A stretch of 64,000 nucleotides of DNA from Giesbergeria sp. (GCF_028686475.1 NZ_JAQUCA010000006.1:69648-133647), one strand, 5' to 3'; numbered from the stretch's first letter, positions 1 to 10,457 are shown. A program made the numbers and translations. The notes: generated from the sequence alone by a model not told the origin.

Positions 1-63
1 CAGAATCAGGGCGACCAGCAACAGCAATCTAGCGCGCAGGCTCAGCTTGTGGGATGTGGGCAT
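1..63 (-). CDS. N-terminal fragment of a membrane protein running off the left edge (sensor-like N-terminus)
   Basis: ATG at 63 preceded by GGAG; reads MPTSHKLSLRARLLLLVALIL, a basic-then-hydrophobic start typical of sensor kinases, cyclases and MCPs. Too short to assign a product. Confidence 0.55.
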   Translation of the reverse strand, partial: MPTSHKLSLRARLLLLVALIL

Positions 64-87
64 TTTGTTTGCTCCAGAAGAAAAAAT

Positions 88-996
88 TTAACTGAACTCA
101 CGTTCGCGTAGCCATTTGGTCGCAATCCATTTCTCGCCTGCTTGCACGGGCGCGCCGCCGTGCAGGGTACGGGTACTGGGGTGGGGCAAGGGGTAGCTAA
201 AGAACACCGCATTGCCGCGCTGCGCCATCACTTCTAGGCCCACATCGGGGAAGGTGGTGCCGCCGCCACGCTCGGGGGTGTTGAGGTACAACACAAAAGT
301 GCCGACACGCTGGCCACCACGGGCCAAAATGCGCGGCGTACCGGGCTGGGCTGGGTCAAAATAGTCGTAATGGGGTTTGTATTCGGCACCGGGACGGTAG
401 TGCAGCACTTGGATGCCCTCGCCGTTTTCTACCGGCCAGTGGGCCAAACGGGCCAAACGGGCTTCAATGCGTGCCATCAATTCACTCTCGCCACGCTGAA
501 AGAACATGCCATCGCTGGTGCGGTCGGCATTGACTTCTTCGCCGCCGGTTTGGGTGGCCACGGTCAGGGAGCGTGCCATGCGTGGACGCGCCGCGTCGAT
601 CAGGGCCTCGCATTCTTCGGGCGATAGCACATTGCCCAACACCACCACGCGCGGCAGCGCCAGCGACAACAGCACCTCCACCTGACGGTCTCCGGCATCC
701 AGATAGCTAGGGGCACCGTGCAGCACAATATCGGGGGCGGCTTGATCGGGGGCCAAAATGCCCTCGTGGTAGCCCACTTCGTTCAGGTGGGCGCGTAAGG
801 TTTCTTCTAGGGCCTGCATCGCCACCGCTTCTTGCCAGCCGGATGCCATCATGGCCTGTATCAGTGCCGGGGCACCGATGTTGGCTTGGGCTTGGCTGAC
901 AATCCAGTGGCGCAACTCAGGCGTAATGGCAGGTGCAGCAGCGGGGCGCGCCGCTTGAACAGAGGATGCTGTGGTGGGGGTGGTGAATGGTGCCAT
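88..996 (-). CDS. 2OG-Fe(II) oxygenase, prolyl 4-hydroxylase-like
   Basis: HYDYF (HxD) motif, TLHGG distal His, KWIATKWLR 2OG-binding segment. Confidence 0.85.
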   Translation of the reverse strand: MAPFTTPTTASSVQAARPAAAPAITPELRHWIVSQAQANIGAPALIQAMMASGWQEAVAMQALEETLRAHLNEVGYHEGILAPDQAAPDIVLHGAPSYLDAGDRQVEVLLSLALPRVVVLGNVLSPEECEALIDAARPRMARSLTVATQTGGEEVNADRTSDGMFFQRGESELMARIEARLARLAHWPVENGEGIQVLHYRPGAEYKPHYDYFDPAQPGTPRILARGGQRVGTFVLYLNTPERGGGTTFPDVGLEVMAQRGNAVFFSYPLPHPSTRTLHGGAPVQAGEKWIATKWLREREFS

Positions 997-1022
997 GAGA
1001 GTCTCGCTGATGTAACATTGTC

Positions 1023-1799
1023 TTACATTGAGCGCCGCCGAAACACCAATCGATGAGTGTCGGAAGCGTGCGGGTCAAAAGCATAGCCTTCTGCGGCAAA
1101 GCCTAGCAATTGTTCGGGCTGGGTGGCACGCTGCACAATGGCATGGCGTGCCATCAGGCCGCGTGCGCGTTTGGCATGGAAGCTGACGATGTGGTAGCGC
1201 CCTCCTTTCCATTCTTCAAATACACATTCAACGATGCGCGCGTGCAGAGCGCGGGTATCAACGGCCTTGAAATACTCTTGCGAAGCCAAATTGAGCAGCA
1301 CCGGAGCCGGTTCATGGGCCAACTGGGCTTGCAAATGTGTCGCAATTTTTGTGCCCCAAAACTGGTACAGGTTGTTGCCGTTGGGGTTTTGCAAGCGGGT
1401 GCCCATCTCTAGCCGATAGGGCTGCATCCAATCTAAGGGGCGCAGTACGCCATACAGACCACTCAGGATGCGTAGATGCTGCTGCGCCCAGTCTAGGTCG
1501 GTGCTGGCTAGGCTGCGCGCCTCCAATCCGTCATAGACATCGCCATTAAAGGCCAACAGCGCTTGGCGTGCATTGCTGGCCGTGAACTGGGGCGACCACG
1601 CGGCATAACGGGCAACGTTCAGGGCGGCCAAAGCATCGCTGATTTTCATCAGGGCCGCTAAATCTTGTGGGGCCAGTGGGCGCAAAAGGTCTATCAGCGC
1701 TTGGCTTTCGGGCAAAAAAGCGGGCAAGCTGTGTGGCCAGTCGGCGGGTACGGTGGTGTCGTAGTCCAAGGATTTGGCGGGGGAGAGCAGTATCAACAT
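1023..1799 (-). CDS. yaaA: Peroxide stress protein YaaA (UPF0246)
   Basis: [12 protein letters not shown] start, [26 protein letters not shown] and AKRARG motifs. Confidence 0.92.
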   Translation of the reverse strand: MLILLSPAKSLDYDTTVPADWPHSLPAFLPESQALIDLLRPLAPQDLAALMKISDALAALNVARYAAWSPQFTASNARQALLAFNGDVYDGLEARSLASTDLDWAQQHLRILSGLYGVLRPLDWMQPYRLEMGTRLQNPNGNNLYQFWGTKIATHLQAQLAHEPAPVLLNLASQEYFKAVDTRALHARIVECVFEEWKGGRYHIVSFHAKRARGLMARHAIVQRATQPEQLLGFAAEGYAFDPHASDTHRLVFRRRSM

Positions 1800-1823
1800 A
1801 AGCCCACTCGGCAGAAAAAAGCA

Positions 1824-1861
1824 GAAAAAAAGCGCCCGTCTGCATTACACAGACTGGCGCT
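1824..1861 (-). terminator. Probable intrinsic terminator after rne
   Basis: Imperfect stem GCGCC-CGTCTG...CAGAC-TGGCGC next to an A-run (U-tract on the minus strand). A second perfect 13-bp inverted repeat lies at 1873-1906. Confidence 0.55.
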
Positions 1862-1915
1862 GGAGCCATTCAGCTGCTGGCGGCCAGGTAGCAGGCCGCC
1901 AGCAGCACAGGGGCT

Positions 1916-4900
1916 TTAGGCTTGCGGGGCTTCTTGCTCAAACGGCAACACCAAGGCACGCAAATCGCGGCGCGTTTCTACCAACACCAAGGGGCCTTCG
2001 TCTGGCACTACGGGGGCGGGGCGTTGGCGGGGCACATGCACTGGGCGTGGTTCGGCGGCAATGGCCGCTTGTACGGCGGCTACCTTTTCTGGGTCAGATT
2101 GCACCCATTGCAGGCCGACCGCTTGGGCCAAGGCTTGCATTTCAGCCACTGGCAAGACAAAGGCTTGCACTGGCGCTGGCTGCGGGGCGACTAGTACCAC
2201 CGGGGCTTCTGGCACCTCTGGCACTGCTTCTGGTGCCTCTGGCACTGCGGCGCTTGGTGTTGCTGCCACTTCCACCACTTCCACTTCCACCTCTGCTGGT
2301 GCGGGGCTGGGTGCAGGTGCAACGGCTGGCTCTTGTGGCGTTGCCGCTTCTTCGGGTGCCACCACAGCTACCACCACAGGGCTGGGGCTGGCGGCAGGCG
2401 CAAAGTAGCTGCGACGCACCGGCTGCTGCGCGTCGGCTTCTGGCAGGTCGGCCAGTACGGGCGCTGCCGGTGCGGGGGGCTGCTGCTCATCGGCGGCGGC
2501 AGACTGGGCTGCTGCTTCAGGGCGCTCTGTGCGCTCAGGGCGGTCACCACGTTCACCGCGTTCACCACGCTGGCGGTCACGGCCATAGCGATCCCGGGAG
2601 CGGCGCTCGCGGCGCTCTTCGGGGGCCGCTGGGGCTGCTGTTTCTGCATCCTCTGGGGCTGCTGCGGTTACTGGCTCGGCGCTGGCGTTGAACTCGGCGG
2701 CTTCGGTGCTGCGTGCAGAGCGCTCACGGCCTTCTGGGCGGGCAGGGCGCTCGTTGCGGTCACGGCGCGCAGACTCGTTGCGCGGGGCGCGCTCAGGGCG
2801 TGGCTCGTAGGCTGGCGCTTCGGTCACCGAATCCAATGGAGTTTGTACCACATCAAGGTCTAGCGCCTGCTCGTTGGGCGTGCGCTGCTCATTGCGGCCT
2901 CGGCTGGGGCCACGGGGTTCGCGGCGTTCGCTGTCAAAGCGTTCCGACTCACGCGGGGCGCGCGGCTCGTAGCTGCTGTTGCGGCTATCGGGGCTGTTGC
3001 GCTCAGGGCGCTCGGCACGGTCTGGGCGCTCGGCGCGCTCATTGCGGCGGCTGCTGTTAGCGCTGCGCTCGGGGCGCTCGTAGCGTTCAGCGCGCTCGGT
3101 GCGGTCTGGGCGGTCGTTGCGTTCGCCACGGCGTGGGCGCGCTTCGTTGCTGCGTTCAGCACCACGGCGCGGCTCGCGCACGCTGGCTGGGGCCGGGGCG
3201 GGTGCTGCCACAGGAGCGAGTCGGCGGCCAAAGCCAAACAAGCGCTTGAGCCAGGCAAAGAAGCCACGTTCTTGCGGTTCAGGGGCCGGGGCTGGGGCCG
3301 GGCCGGGGCGCGCTGGGCCGCGTGCTGGGCGGCTGGCTGCCTCGGGGCGCGGTGCCGCTTGGGGGGCGGGCGCGTCGGGCAGCACGCCGCGAATCAGCGG
3401 GGTTTGCTTGTTGGTAGGCTCTTGTGAGCGACGCGTGACGGCGGTCGGGTCTTCAAAGTCTTCGGCCAGCTTGTAGCTGGGTTCCACCACGTCTAAACGG
3501 GGGTCATCGTGCTTGAGGCGCTCTAAGCGGTAGTTGGGGGTTTCTAGGGTTTTGTTGGGCACCATCAGCACATTGACGCGCTGTTTCAGCTCAATTTTAG
3601 AAATTTCGGTGCGCTTTTCATTGAGCAAGAAGCTGGCCACCTCGACCGGCACTTGGCAATGCACGGCGGCGGTGTTGTCCTTCATGGACTCTTCTTGGAT
3701 GATGCGTAAAATTTGCAGCGCCGATGATTCGGTGTCGCGGATATGGCCCGAGCCGCCACAACGTGGGCAGGGGATGGACGAGCCTTCCGACAGCGCCGGT
3801 TTGAGGCGCTGGCGGCTCATCTCCATCAGGCCAAATTTGCTGATAGTGCCAAACTGCACCCGCGCCCGGTCTTGGCGCAAGGCATCGCGCAGGCGGTTTT
3901 CTACTTCGCGCCGATTCTTGCTTTCCTCCATGTCGATGAAGTCAATCACCACCAAACCACCCAAATCGCGCAGGCGCATTTGGCGCGCTACTTCGTCTGC
4001 CGCTTCGAGGTTGGTGCGTAGCGCCGTTTCTTCGATGTCGCCGCCCTTGATAGCACGCGCCGAGTTCACATCCACCGACACCAGCGCCTCGGTGTGGTCA
4101 ATCACGATGGCACCACCGCTGGGCAATTGCACCGTGCGCGCATAGGCCGATTCAATTTGGTGCTCAATTTGGAAGCGCGAGAACAGCGCGGCATCGTCGC
4201 GGTAGCGCTTGACGCGGCTGGCATGTTCGGGCATGACGTGCGCCATGAACTGCTGCGCCTGTTCATAAATGTCGTCGGTGTCGATGAGGATGTCACCGAT
4301 GTCGGCATTGAAATAATCGCGAATGGCGCGAATCACCAAGCTCGATTCTTGGTAAATCAGGAACGCCCCCTTGCCCGCCTTGGCCGCGCCGTCAATGGCG
4401 TTCCAGAGTTTGAGCAGGTAGTTCAAATCCCATTGCAACTCAGGCGCGGTGCGGCCAATACCGGCGGTGCGCGCGATGATGCTCATCCCGTTGGGGTATT
4501 CGAGCTGGTCCATCGCCTCTTTGAGTTCAGCCCGGTCTTCGCCCTCAATGCGGCGCGAAACACCACCACCGCGTGGGTTGTTGGGCATCAGCACCACATA
4601 ACGCCCGGCCAAGCTGATGAAAGTGGTCAGGGCGGCGCCTTTGTTGCCACGCTCTTCTTTTTCGACTTGGATGAGCAGCTCTTGGCCTTCGCGAATGACA
4701 TCGTGGATGCGCGCTTGGCTAGGTGCAACACCCGAAGCAAAGTATTGCTTAGAGATTTCTTTGAACGGCAAAAAGCCGTGGCGGTCTTCGCCGTAATCGA
4801 CAAAGCAAGCCTCTAGGCTAGGCTCCACGCGCGTCACCACCGCTTTGTAGATGTTGCCCTTGCGCTGCTCGCGCCCTTCAATCTCGATTTCATAATCCAG

Positions 4901-4972
4901 CAACTTTTGACCATCGACAATGGCCAAACGGCGTTCTTCGGGCTGGGTGGCGTTAATCAGCATCCGCTTCAT
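1916..4972 (-). CDS. rne: Ribonuclease E
   Basis: [21 protein letters not shown] start, S1 domain, DVNSARA and IDFIDM catalytic motifs, CPRC Zn-link, long R/E/P/A-rich disordered C-terminus. Confidence 0.97.
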   Translation of the reverse strand: MKRMLINATQPEERRLAIVDGQKLLDYEIEIEGREQRKGNIYKAVVTRVEPSLEACFVDYGEDRHGFLPFKEISKQYFASGVAPSQARIHDVIREGQELLIQVEKEERGNKGAALTTFISLAGRYVVLMPNNPRGGGVSRRIEGEDRAELKEAMDQLEYPNGMSIIARTAGIGRTAPELQWDLNYLLKLWNAIDGAAKAGKGAFLIYQESSLVIRAIRDYFNADIGDILIDTDDIYEQAQQFMAHVMPEHASRVKRYRDDAALFSRFQIEHQIESAYARTVQLPSGGAIVIDHTEALVSVDVNSARAIKGGDIEETALRTNLEAADEVARQMRLRDLGGLVVIDFIDMEESKNRREVENRLRDALRQDRARVQFGTISKFGLMEMSRQRLKPALSEGSSIPCPRCGGSGHIRDTESSALQILRIIQEESMKDNTAAVHCQVPVEVASFLLNEKRTEISKIELKQRVNVLMVPNKTLETPNYRLERLKHDDPRLDVVEPSYKLAEDFEDPTAVTRRSQEPTNKQTPLIRGVLPDAPAPQAAPRPEAASRPARGPARPGPAPAPAPEPQERGFFAWLKRLFGFGRRLAPVAAPAPAPASVREPRRGAERSNEARPRRGERNDRPDRTERAERYERPERSANSSRRNERAERPDRAERPERNSPDSRNSSYEPRAPRESERFDSERREPRGPSRGRNEQRTPNEQALDLDVVQTPLDSVTEAPAYEPRPERAPRNESARRDRNERPARPEGRERSARSTEAAEFNASAEPVTAAAPEDAETAAPAAPEERRERRSRDRYGRDRQRGERGERGDRPERTERPEAAAQSAAADEQQPPAPAAPVLADLPEADAQQPVRRSYFAPAASPSPVVVAVVAPEEAATPQEPAVAPAPSPAPAEVEVEVVEVAATPSAAVPEAPEAVPEVPEAPVVLVAPQPAPVQAFVLPVAEMQALAQAVGLQWVQSDPEKVAAVQAAIAAEPRPVHVPRQRPAPVVPDEGPLVLVETRRDLRALVLPFEQEAPQA

Positions 4973-5551
4973 GATGCGTTTCCTTTTTTGACTGGGGCCG
5001 CCAGCGCCGCAACCGAGGTTGCCGGGCTACCGACCCATGATTCCAAACAACAGGCCCACGATGGGCCAACGATGCCTGAACTGACACCTTGAAACGAGGG
5101 GGAATTGCCGGGTATGCCGTGGGCCGCTGGACGGGGTTAGCGCAGCGGCGGCAACAGGGGCGGGTGGATGGGAGCGGGCCTGAAAATCTGTAGCTTTGCC
5201 ATTACAACAATGGCTGCTGGCGCAGGCAGGATAATAGGCACTGGCAGGCGATTGCACGCCCATAGCGGCGGCATAAGCCATCGCTCTAGGGTCTGAAACA
5301 ATATTGCCAGCGTCAACATATTCGCTTTGATCCGCTGGCAGTTGCGCCCCCGTGGGGTGAACTGCCAGATGGGGTATTCCGTATCTGTATTTCAAGGGTA
5401 TCAGTCTGCCGTGCATCATGCGGGCCAAGGCAGGCAACTGGCCTGCTATCTGCGTGCATGATGCCCACTGGCATCGACCTGCCTGCGCGGGGCAAAATGG
5501 CCGTGTGGACTAAACTCCAGACGAATCAACCACTTACAAAACACTGCACAG
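4973..5551. promoter_or_regulatory. Long structured divergent rne/rluC intergenic region, probable rne 5' leader
   Basis: About 580 bp with no convincing gene; strong hairpins at 5335-5368 and 5413-5464. Long rne leaders are known in proteobacteria. Confidence 0.55.
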
Positions 5552-6592
5552 GTGACCAAGATTATAGGCGGCAAAACCCCACCAGCCCGGCATAGGGATA
5601 GCCCTTGCCCCCCCGTTTCTACCCCAGCTGGCACACCAGCGGCGCGCCAGTTGCTGGTCGATGCCGACTCTGGCGGCCAGCGCTTAGACAACTTTTTGAT
5701 GCGCCACCTCAAGGGCGTACCCAAGACCCATGTCTATCGCATCATTCGCAGTGGCGAAGTCCGCATCAACAAGGGCCGCGCCAGCGCCGATACGCGCGTG
5801 CAAGCAGGCGACAGCGTGCGCCTGCCGCCAGTGCGGGTGTCAGAAAAAATGGCCGACAAAGCCGCCCACCCGGCCCCGGCGCGCGAGTTTCCGTTGCTGT
5901 ACGAAGACGAGCATCTGCTGGCCATTGACAAGCCCGCTGGCGTGGCCGTGCATGGCGGCAGTGGCGTGAGTTTCGGCGTGATTGAGCAATTGCGCCAAGC
6001 GCGGCCCCAAGCCAAGTTTTTAGAACTGGTACACCGCCTGGACCGCGAAACCTCGGGCATCTTGTTGGTGGCCAAAAAGCGCAGCGCCCTCACGCACCTG
6101 CAAGACCAATTCCGCGAGCGCGAAACCGGCAAAACCTATTTGGCGCTGGTACAAGGGCTTTGGCCCGCCAAGCTCAAGGTGATTGACACCCCATTGCACA
6201 AATACCTGCTGCCCGACGGCGAACGCCGTGTGCGCGTCACCAGCGCAGAAGACCCGGATGGAATGCGCTCGATTACGCTGGTGAAGGTGCGTGCCACAGC
6301 GGCAGCACGTCCGGCGCAAGGTTTACCGGCCATGAGCTTGTTAGAAGTGACGATTAAAACCGGGCGCACGCACCAAATTCGCGTCCATTTGGCCGCCCAA
6401 GGCCACCCGATTGCCGGGGACGATAAATATGGCGATTTCGATTGGAACAAACGCTTACAAAAAGCCGGGCTAAAACGCATGTTTCTGCACGCTTGGCGCT
6501 TGCAATTTACCCACCCAGCCAGCGGCGAGCGTTTGCAATTGCTGGCCGAGTTGCCGCCAGAATTGCAAGCCTTTGCGCCTGCACCCGCCTGA
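5552..6592 (+). CDS. rluC: 23S rRNA pseudouridine synthase RluC
   Basis: S4 domain (QRLDNFL...VYRIIRSGEVRIN), HRLDRETSG with catalytic Asp, TGRTHQIRVH; divergent from rne as is usual. Confidence 0.92.
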   Translation: MTKIIGGKTPPARHRDSPCPPVSTPAGTPAARQLLVDADSGGQRLDNFLMRHLKGVPKTHVYRIIRSGEVRINKGRASADTRVQAGDSVRLPPVRVSEKMADKAAHPAPAREFPLLYEDEHLLAIDKPAGVAVHGGSGVSFGVIEQLRQARPQAKFLELVHRLDRETSGILLVAKKRSALTHLQDQFRERETGKTYLALVQGLWPAKLKVIDTPLHKYLLPDGERRVRVTSAEDPDGMRSITLVKVRATAAARPAQGLPAMSLLEVTIKTGRTHQIRVHLAAQGHPIAGDDKYGDFDWNKRLQKAGLKRMFLHAWRLQFTHPASGERLQLLAELPPELQAFAPAPA

Positions 6593-6597
6593 AGTCT

Positions 6598-6960
6598 TTA
6601 CCAATCGAGCGTGCAGCTATCGCCCACCGCATCGCGCCACACGCGCACCCGGCATGGCGCGGGCTGCATGTCGGCCAGTGCTTTGGCAATGAACAGGCAC
6701 AGGTTCTCCAGCGTGGCCGGGCCAAGGTTGGGCACTTCGTCCAGCAGGTGGTGGTCTAGTTGTTCGCGCAGCAGCGCTAAACGCTGGCGCAGATGGCCAA
6801 GGTCTATCACCATGCCAGTGCTAGGGTTGCGTGGCCCCGAGATAAACACTTCGGCATGGTAGGTGTGGCCGTGGATGCGGCGGCTGCCTTCGGCCTCTAT
6901 CTCGCGTTGCAAGGTATGGGCCGCATCAAAGAAAAAACGTTGGCTAACGGTCAGTTGCAT
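6598..6960 (-). CDS. queD: 6-carboxy-5,6,7,8-tetrahydropterin synthase (QueD/PTPS family)
   Basis: FDAAH, HGHTY, GMVIDLG, LDHHLL and TLENL motifs; directly downstream of queE. Confidence 0.85.
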   Translation of the reverse strand: MQLTVSQRFFFDAAHTLQREIEAEGSRRIHGHTYHAEVFISGPRNPSTGMVIDLGHLRQRLALLREQLDHHLLDEVPNLGPATLENLCLFIAKALADMQPAPCRVRVWRDAVGDSCTLDW

Positions 6961-6979
6961 GGTGGTGTCTGAAAAAATC

Positions 6980-7618
6980 TTAACGAATGCCAGTCAGTTT
7001 GTGCGTTTGCAGGCTCAAGCGCCAAGCCGGGCGCTCTAGGCAGGTGGCAATACACAAGGCAATGTGTTCGGCCTGCGCCGCATCGTCCAAGGGCTGCAAA
7101 AAGCGATGGGCAAACGGGCCGCTGGCTTCTAAAGCATCCAAATCCAAACCAGCTTGCGGCCAGACCACTTTCAGCTCTTGGCCTTGCCGTTGCACCCAAT
7201 CGGTGCCCGCTTTCGGGCTAACGCACAGCCAGTCAATGCCGGGCGGCGCAAGCATGGTGCCGTTGGTCTCGACCGCAATCCGAAACTGCTGGGCGTGCAG
7301 CGCTGCAATCAAGGCCGTATCGACTTGTAGCAGTGGCTCGCCGCCAGTTAAAACGACCAAACGATGGGTGCTGTCATGGGCTGGCCACAGGGCTGCAATT
7401 TGCGCCGCCAAAGCATGGGCGCTGTCAAATTTGCCACCCAAGGTGCCATCGGTACCGACAAAATCGGTATCGCAAAAGCGACACAGCGCGCTGGCCCGGT
7501 CTTGGGGACGGCCTGTCCAGAGATTGCAGCCCGCAAAACGGCAAAAAACGGCAGGCTGGCCTGCTTGGGCACCTTCGCCTTGCAAGGTATAAAAAATTTC
7601 CTTAACGGAGTAACTCAT
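6980..7618 (-). CDS. queE: 7-carboxy-7-deazaguanine synthase, radical SAM
   Basis: EIFYTLQGEG, CX14CX2C cluster motif (Burkholderia-type QueE), TGGEP, SLQTHK. Confidence 0.93.
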   Translation of the reverse strand: MSYSVKEIFYTLQGEGAQAGQPAVFCRFAGCNLWTGRPQDRASALCRFCDTDFVGTDGTLGGKFDSAHALAAQIAALWPAHDSTHRLVVLTGGEPLLQVDTALIAALHAQQFRIAVETNGTMLAPPGIDWLCVSPKAGTDWVQRQGQELKVVWPQAGLDLDALEASGPFAHRFLQPLDDAAQAEHIALCIATCLERPAWRLSLQTHKLTGIR

Positions 7619-7752
7619 GGATGGGTGCTGGAACGGTTATATCTTTGCGTAGCGCGATGTGGCAACGGCTTGCGAGTCTATGCCATACTGCCCGCAAAAT
7701 AATGCCCCCTTGCAATGCCCACACTGGCCAGCTCTTTGCTTGCACCACCAAC

Positions 7753-9552
7753 ATGCCCGCCCACCCCTCTGCCAAGCTTGATTTTTCTGACCCGCACGCT
7801 GGCCCCACAGCGCCACGCTTACGTCATGTGTTTGCCAAACCACGGCAGGTCTTGAGCGCCCACCATGCAGCAGAGGTGCCGGGGCTACTCAACGCGGTAC
7901 AACAGGCGGCGCAGCAGGGCGCTTGGTGCTTGGGTTACTTGCGCTACGAGGCCGCCGCCGCTTTTGATGCAGCTTTACAAACGCACCCAGCCAGCGGCCC
8001 GCTGGCATGGTTTGCGCTATATGAGCCGCCCCCCCTTTGGCCAGCGCTAGATGGCAAAATCAGCACAACCAGCCCTTCATCGCCTGATTTGCACTGGCAG
8101 CAAACCCTCAGTCGCCCCAGCTTTGCTGCCGCCGTGCAGCAAATTCAGCAAGCGATTGCAGCAGGCGAGTATTACCAAGTCAACTACACCACACAATTGC
8201 AAGCCGCCCTCAAGCAACCGGCGCAACCGGCAGCAGCGCTGGCCCTGTTTGCTGCCTTGCAACGCGCGCAACCGGGCGGCTATGCGCTTTATTTGGATAC
8301 TGGGGTTGAACAAATTTTGTCGGTATCCCCCGAGTTGTTTTTCGATTGGCACCAACAAACCGCTGGCGGTCAGATACTGGCCCGCCCCATGAAAGGCACC
8401 GCGCCGCGCGGCAACACCCCAGAGCAAGATGCTGCCCAAGCTGCCGCTTTGCGTGCCAGCCCAAAAGAGCGCGCCGAAAACGTGATGATTGTCGATTTAC
8501 TGCGTAATGACCTATCACGCATGGCCAGTCCCGGCAGCGTGCAAGTGCCACGCTTGTTCCATACCGAAGCCTTGCCCAGCGTCTGGCAGATGACCTCGGA
8601 CGTGCAAGCCCGCACCCGCGCTGGCACCACGCTGGCCCAAGTCTTTGCTGCGCTGTTTCCGTGTGGCTCTATCACCGGAGCGCCCAAAGTGCGCGCCATG
8701 CAAGCCATCAAACAACTAGAGACTACGCCGCGTGGCATTTATTGTGGTGCCTTGGGTCTGGTGCGCCCAGACGGCGCGGGCGGTATCCGCGCCACCTTCA
8801 ATGTACCGATTCGCACCGTGGTGCTGCAAGGCCAGCACGCCTACTGTGGCATTGGCAGTGGCATCACCGCCAGCGCCCAAGCCGGGGCAGAATGGCAAGA
8901 ATGGCGTTACAAACGCACTTTTGTGGAGCAAGCCAGCATGGCTTTTGATTTGTTAGAAACCTTGGCCCTAGAGCAAGGCCAATGGCGGCACGGCCACGCG
9001 CATTTGGCCCGCTTGCACGGTGCTGCACAGTATTTTTCTTACCCTTGGGATGCCGCCCAAGTGCAACAATGCCTCAACGATTTGGCCCAAGCCCACCCGA
9101 CAGGCCGTTGGCGCGTGCGCGTGCTGCTCAATGCCCAAGGACAAGCCAGCGCCCAAGCCTTTCCCTTAGAACCCACTCCGGCCAAAGTGCAATTGCAATT
9201 GGCATCCCAGCACTTGCCCGAGGCCGATAGCCCCTTTGTGCGTTACAAAACCACCCGCCGAGGACATTACGATGCCTTTGCGCCCACCGTTGCGGGCATC
9301 TACGACACCATCTTGTACAACGAGGCCGAGCAAATCACCGAATGCACCCGTGGCAACCTGGCCATGCTGTTGGATGGTGAGTGGGTCACACCGGCATTGG
9401 ACTGTGGCTTGTTGCCGGGCGTGGGCCGTGCCGTAGCCTTGCGCGATGGGCGCTTGCGCGAAGCGGTAGTGCGCCGCCAAGATGTGCCGCGCATCCAAGC
9501 CTGGGCCTTTTTGAACAGCCTGCGCGGCTGGATAGCTGCCGATTTGGTCTAG
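7753..9552 (+). CDS. pabB: Aminodeoxychorismate synthase component I fused to ADC lyase/aminotransferase IV (PabB-PabC)
   Basis: SPELFF, PMKGT, KERAENVMIVDLLRNDL, FPCGSITGAPK; C-terminal YKTTRR, ECTRGN and GLLPG. Start moved to the ATG at 7753. Confidence 0.88.
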   Translation: MPAHPSAKLDFSDPHAGPTAPRLRHVFAKPRQVLSAHHAAEVPGLLNAVQQAAQQGAWCLGYLRYEAAAAFDAALQTHPASGPLAWFALYEPPPLWPALDGKISTTSPSSPDLHWQQTLSRPSFAAAVQQIQQAIAAGEYYQVNYTTQLQAALKQPAQPAAALALFAALQRAQPGGYALYLDTGVEQILSVSPELFFDWHQQTAGGQILARPMKGTAPRGNTPEQDAAQAAALRASPKERAENVMIVDLLRNDLSRMASPGSVQVPRLFHTEALPSVWQMTSDVQARTRAGTTLAQVFAALFPCGSITGAPKVRAMQAIKQLETTPRGIYCGALGLVRPDGAGGIRATFNVPIRTVVLQGQHAYCGIGSGITASAQAGAEWQEWRYKRTFVEQASMAFDLLETLALEQGQWRHGHAHLARLHGAAQYFSYPWDAAQVQQCLNDLAQAHPTGRWRVRVLLNAQGQASAQAFPLEPTPAKVQLQLASQHLPEADSPFVRYKTTRRGHYDAFAPTVAGIYDTILYNEAEQITECTRGNLAMLLDGEWVTPALDCGLLPGVGRAVALRDGRLREAVVRRQDVPRIQAWAFLNSLRGWIAADLV

Positions 9553-9571
9553 TACCCAACAAAAGCCCAAC

Positions 9572-9600
9572 AAAAAAGCCAACCCGCCGGGTTGGCTTTT
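9572..9600. terminator. Bidirectional intrinsic terminator between pabB and tRNA-Arg
   Basis: AAAAGCCAACCC-GCC-GGGTTGGCTTTT perfect hairpin with an A-run and a T-run. Confidence 0.8.
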
Positions 9601-9612
9601 GAGAGAAAAACA

Positions 9613-9688
9613 TGGTGCGGCTGGCGGGGATCGAACCCACGACCCTTGGCTTCGGAGGCCAATACTCTATCCACTGAGCTACAGCCGC
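9613..9688 (-). tRNA. tRNA-Arg (CCG)
   Basis: Reverse complement GCGGCTGTAGCTCAGTGGATAGAG-TTGGC CT CCG AA GCCAA-GGTCGTGGGTTCGATCCC...CGCACCA; 76 nt, cloverleaf, encoded CCA. Confidence 0.97.
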
Positions 9689-9858
9689 TCACAGATTGGC
9701 GCAAGGCCAATCTCGCGCATTATCGCATGGCTGCAAGCCCTGCCAGCGCACCGTCCCCAGCAATCGCTGGCGCTTGCGCGCCAGCAGCAAGGATGCACCC
9801 ATATAATCCGGGGTTATTTTTCAGCCTACCCACTTCCCCCGATCTTTGCGAGGACGTC

Positions 9859-10383
9859 ATGCGCGCCAATCCCCACAAAAAACACCCCCACCGCTCCCGA
9901 GGTTCGCTGTCTTCCGTCATGCTAACGCTGGTGCTGCCCGTTGCCGTGGTAGTTGCCTTGATCGCCACGGCCTACGTCAAGACCAACCCCACTGAACCCA
10001 AAAGCCGCCTAGACAACAACGAGCAAAGCGTGGCCAGCCGCATCCAAAAAGTGGGCACCGTGGCCATCCGCGAGGCCGCCAAAGCCCTGCGTAGCGGCGA
10101 AGAAGTTTATACCGCCCAATGCTCGGCCTGCCATGCTGCGGGCACCGTGGGCGCACCCAAGTTTGGCGATGCGGGTGCTTGGGGTCCCCGCTTGGGCGCA
10201 GGTTTTGATGCCTTGGTGCAATCGGCCCTCAAAGGCAAAAATGCGATGGGTGCCCAAGGCGGTGGCGAGTTCAATGACCTCGAAATCAGCCGTGCCGTGG
10301 CCTATATGGCCAATGCTGGCGGCGGCAAATTTGCCATGCCCGGCCCCGCAGCTGGCGATGCACCCGCTGCCCCAGCGCAGTAA
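9859..10383 (+). CDS. Membrane-anchored cytochrome c5
   Basis: N-terminal TM helix, CSACH heme motif, GAPKFGD..AWGPR, NAMGAQGG (Met ligand); GAGGA RBS before ATG 9859. Confidence 0.88.
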   Translation: MRANPHKKHPHRSRGSLSSVMLTLVLPVAVVVALIATAYVKTNPTEPKSRLDNNEQSVASRIQKVGTVAIREAAKALRSGEEVYTAQCSACHAAGTVGAPKFGDAGAWGPRLGAGFDALVQSALKGKNAMGAQGGGEFNDLEISRAVAYMANAGGGKFAMPGPAAGDAPAAPAQ

Positions 10384-10401
10384 ACATCCCCCGATTAGCA
10401 C

Positions 10402-10428
10402 AAAGGCCGGCTTTATGCCGGCTTTTTT
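10402..10428 (+). terminator. Intrinsic terminator after cytochrome c5
   Basis: GCCGGC-TTTAT-GCCGGC followed by TTTTTT. Confidence 0.75.
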
Positions 10429-10457
10429 CTTTGTTATCCCCGCTTTTTTAATCCACC

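Noticed and set aside
1774-2691. 305-aa Arg/Leu/Pro-rich plus-strand ORF
   Set aside because: Antisense to the low-complexity RNase E tail and runs across terminator hairpins.
2900-3150. Imperfect repeats in rne (ERPDRAER-type)
   Set aside because: Ordinary Arg/Glu-rich RNA-binding tail; no constant repeat-spacer structure, so not CRISPR.
5027-5437. 136-aa ORF in the rne leader
   Set aside because: No RBS or motif seen; the region is better explained as structured RNA. A leader peptide cannot be fully excluded.
7619-7752. preQ1 riboswitch upstream of queE
   Set aside because: No matching stem, loop or A-rich tail found.
9613-9688. tRNA-Arg as an island or prophage attachment site
   Set aside because: No integrase or duplicated 3' end seen; flanks are housekeeping genes.
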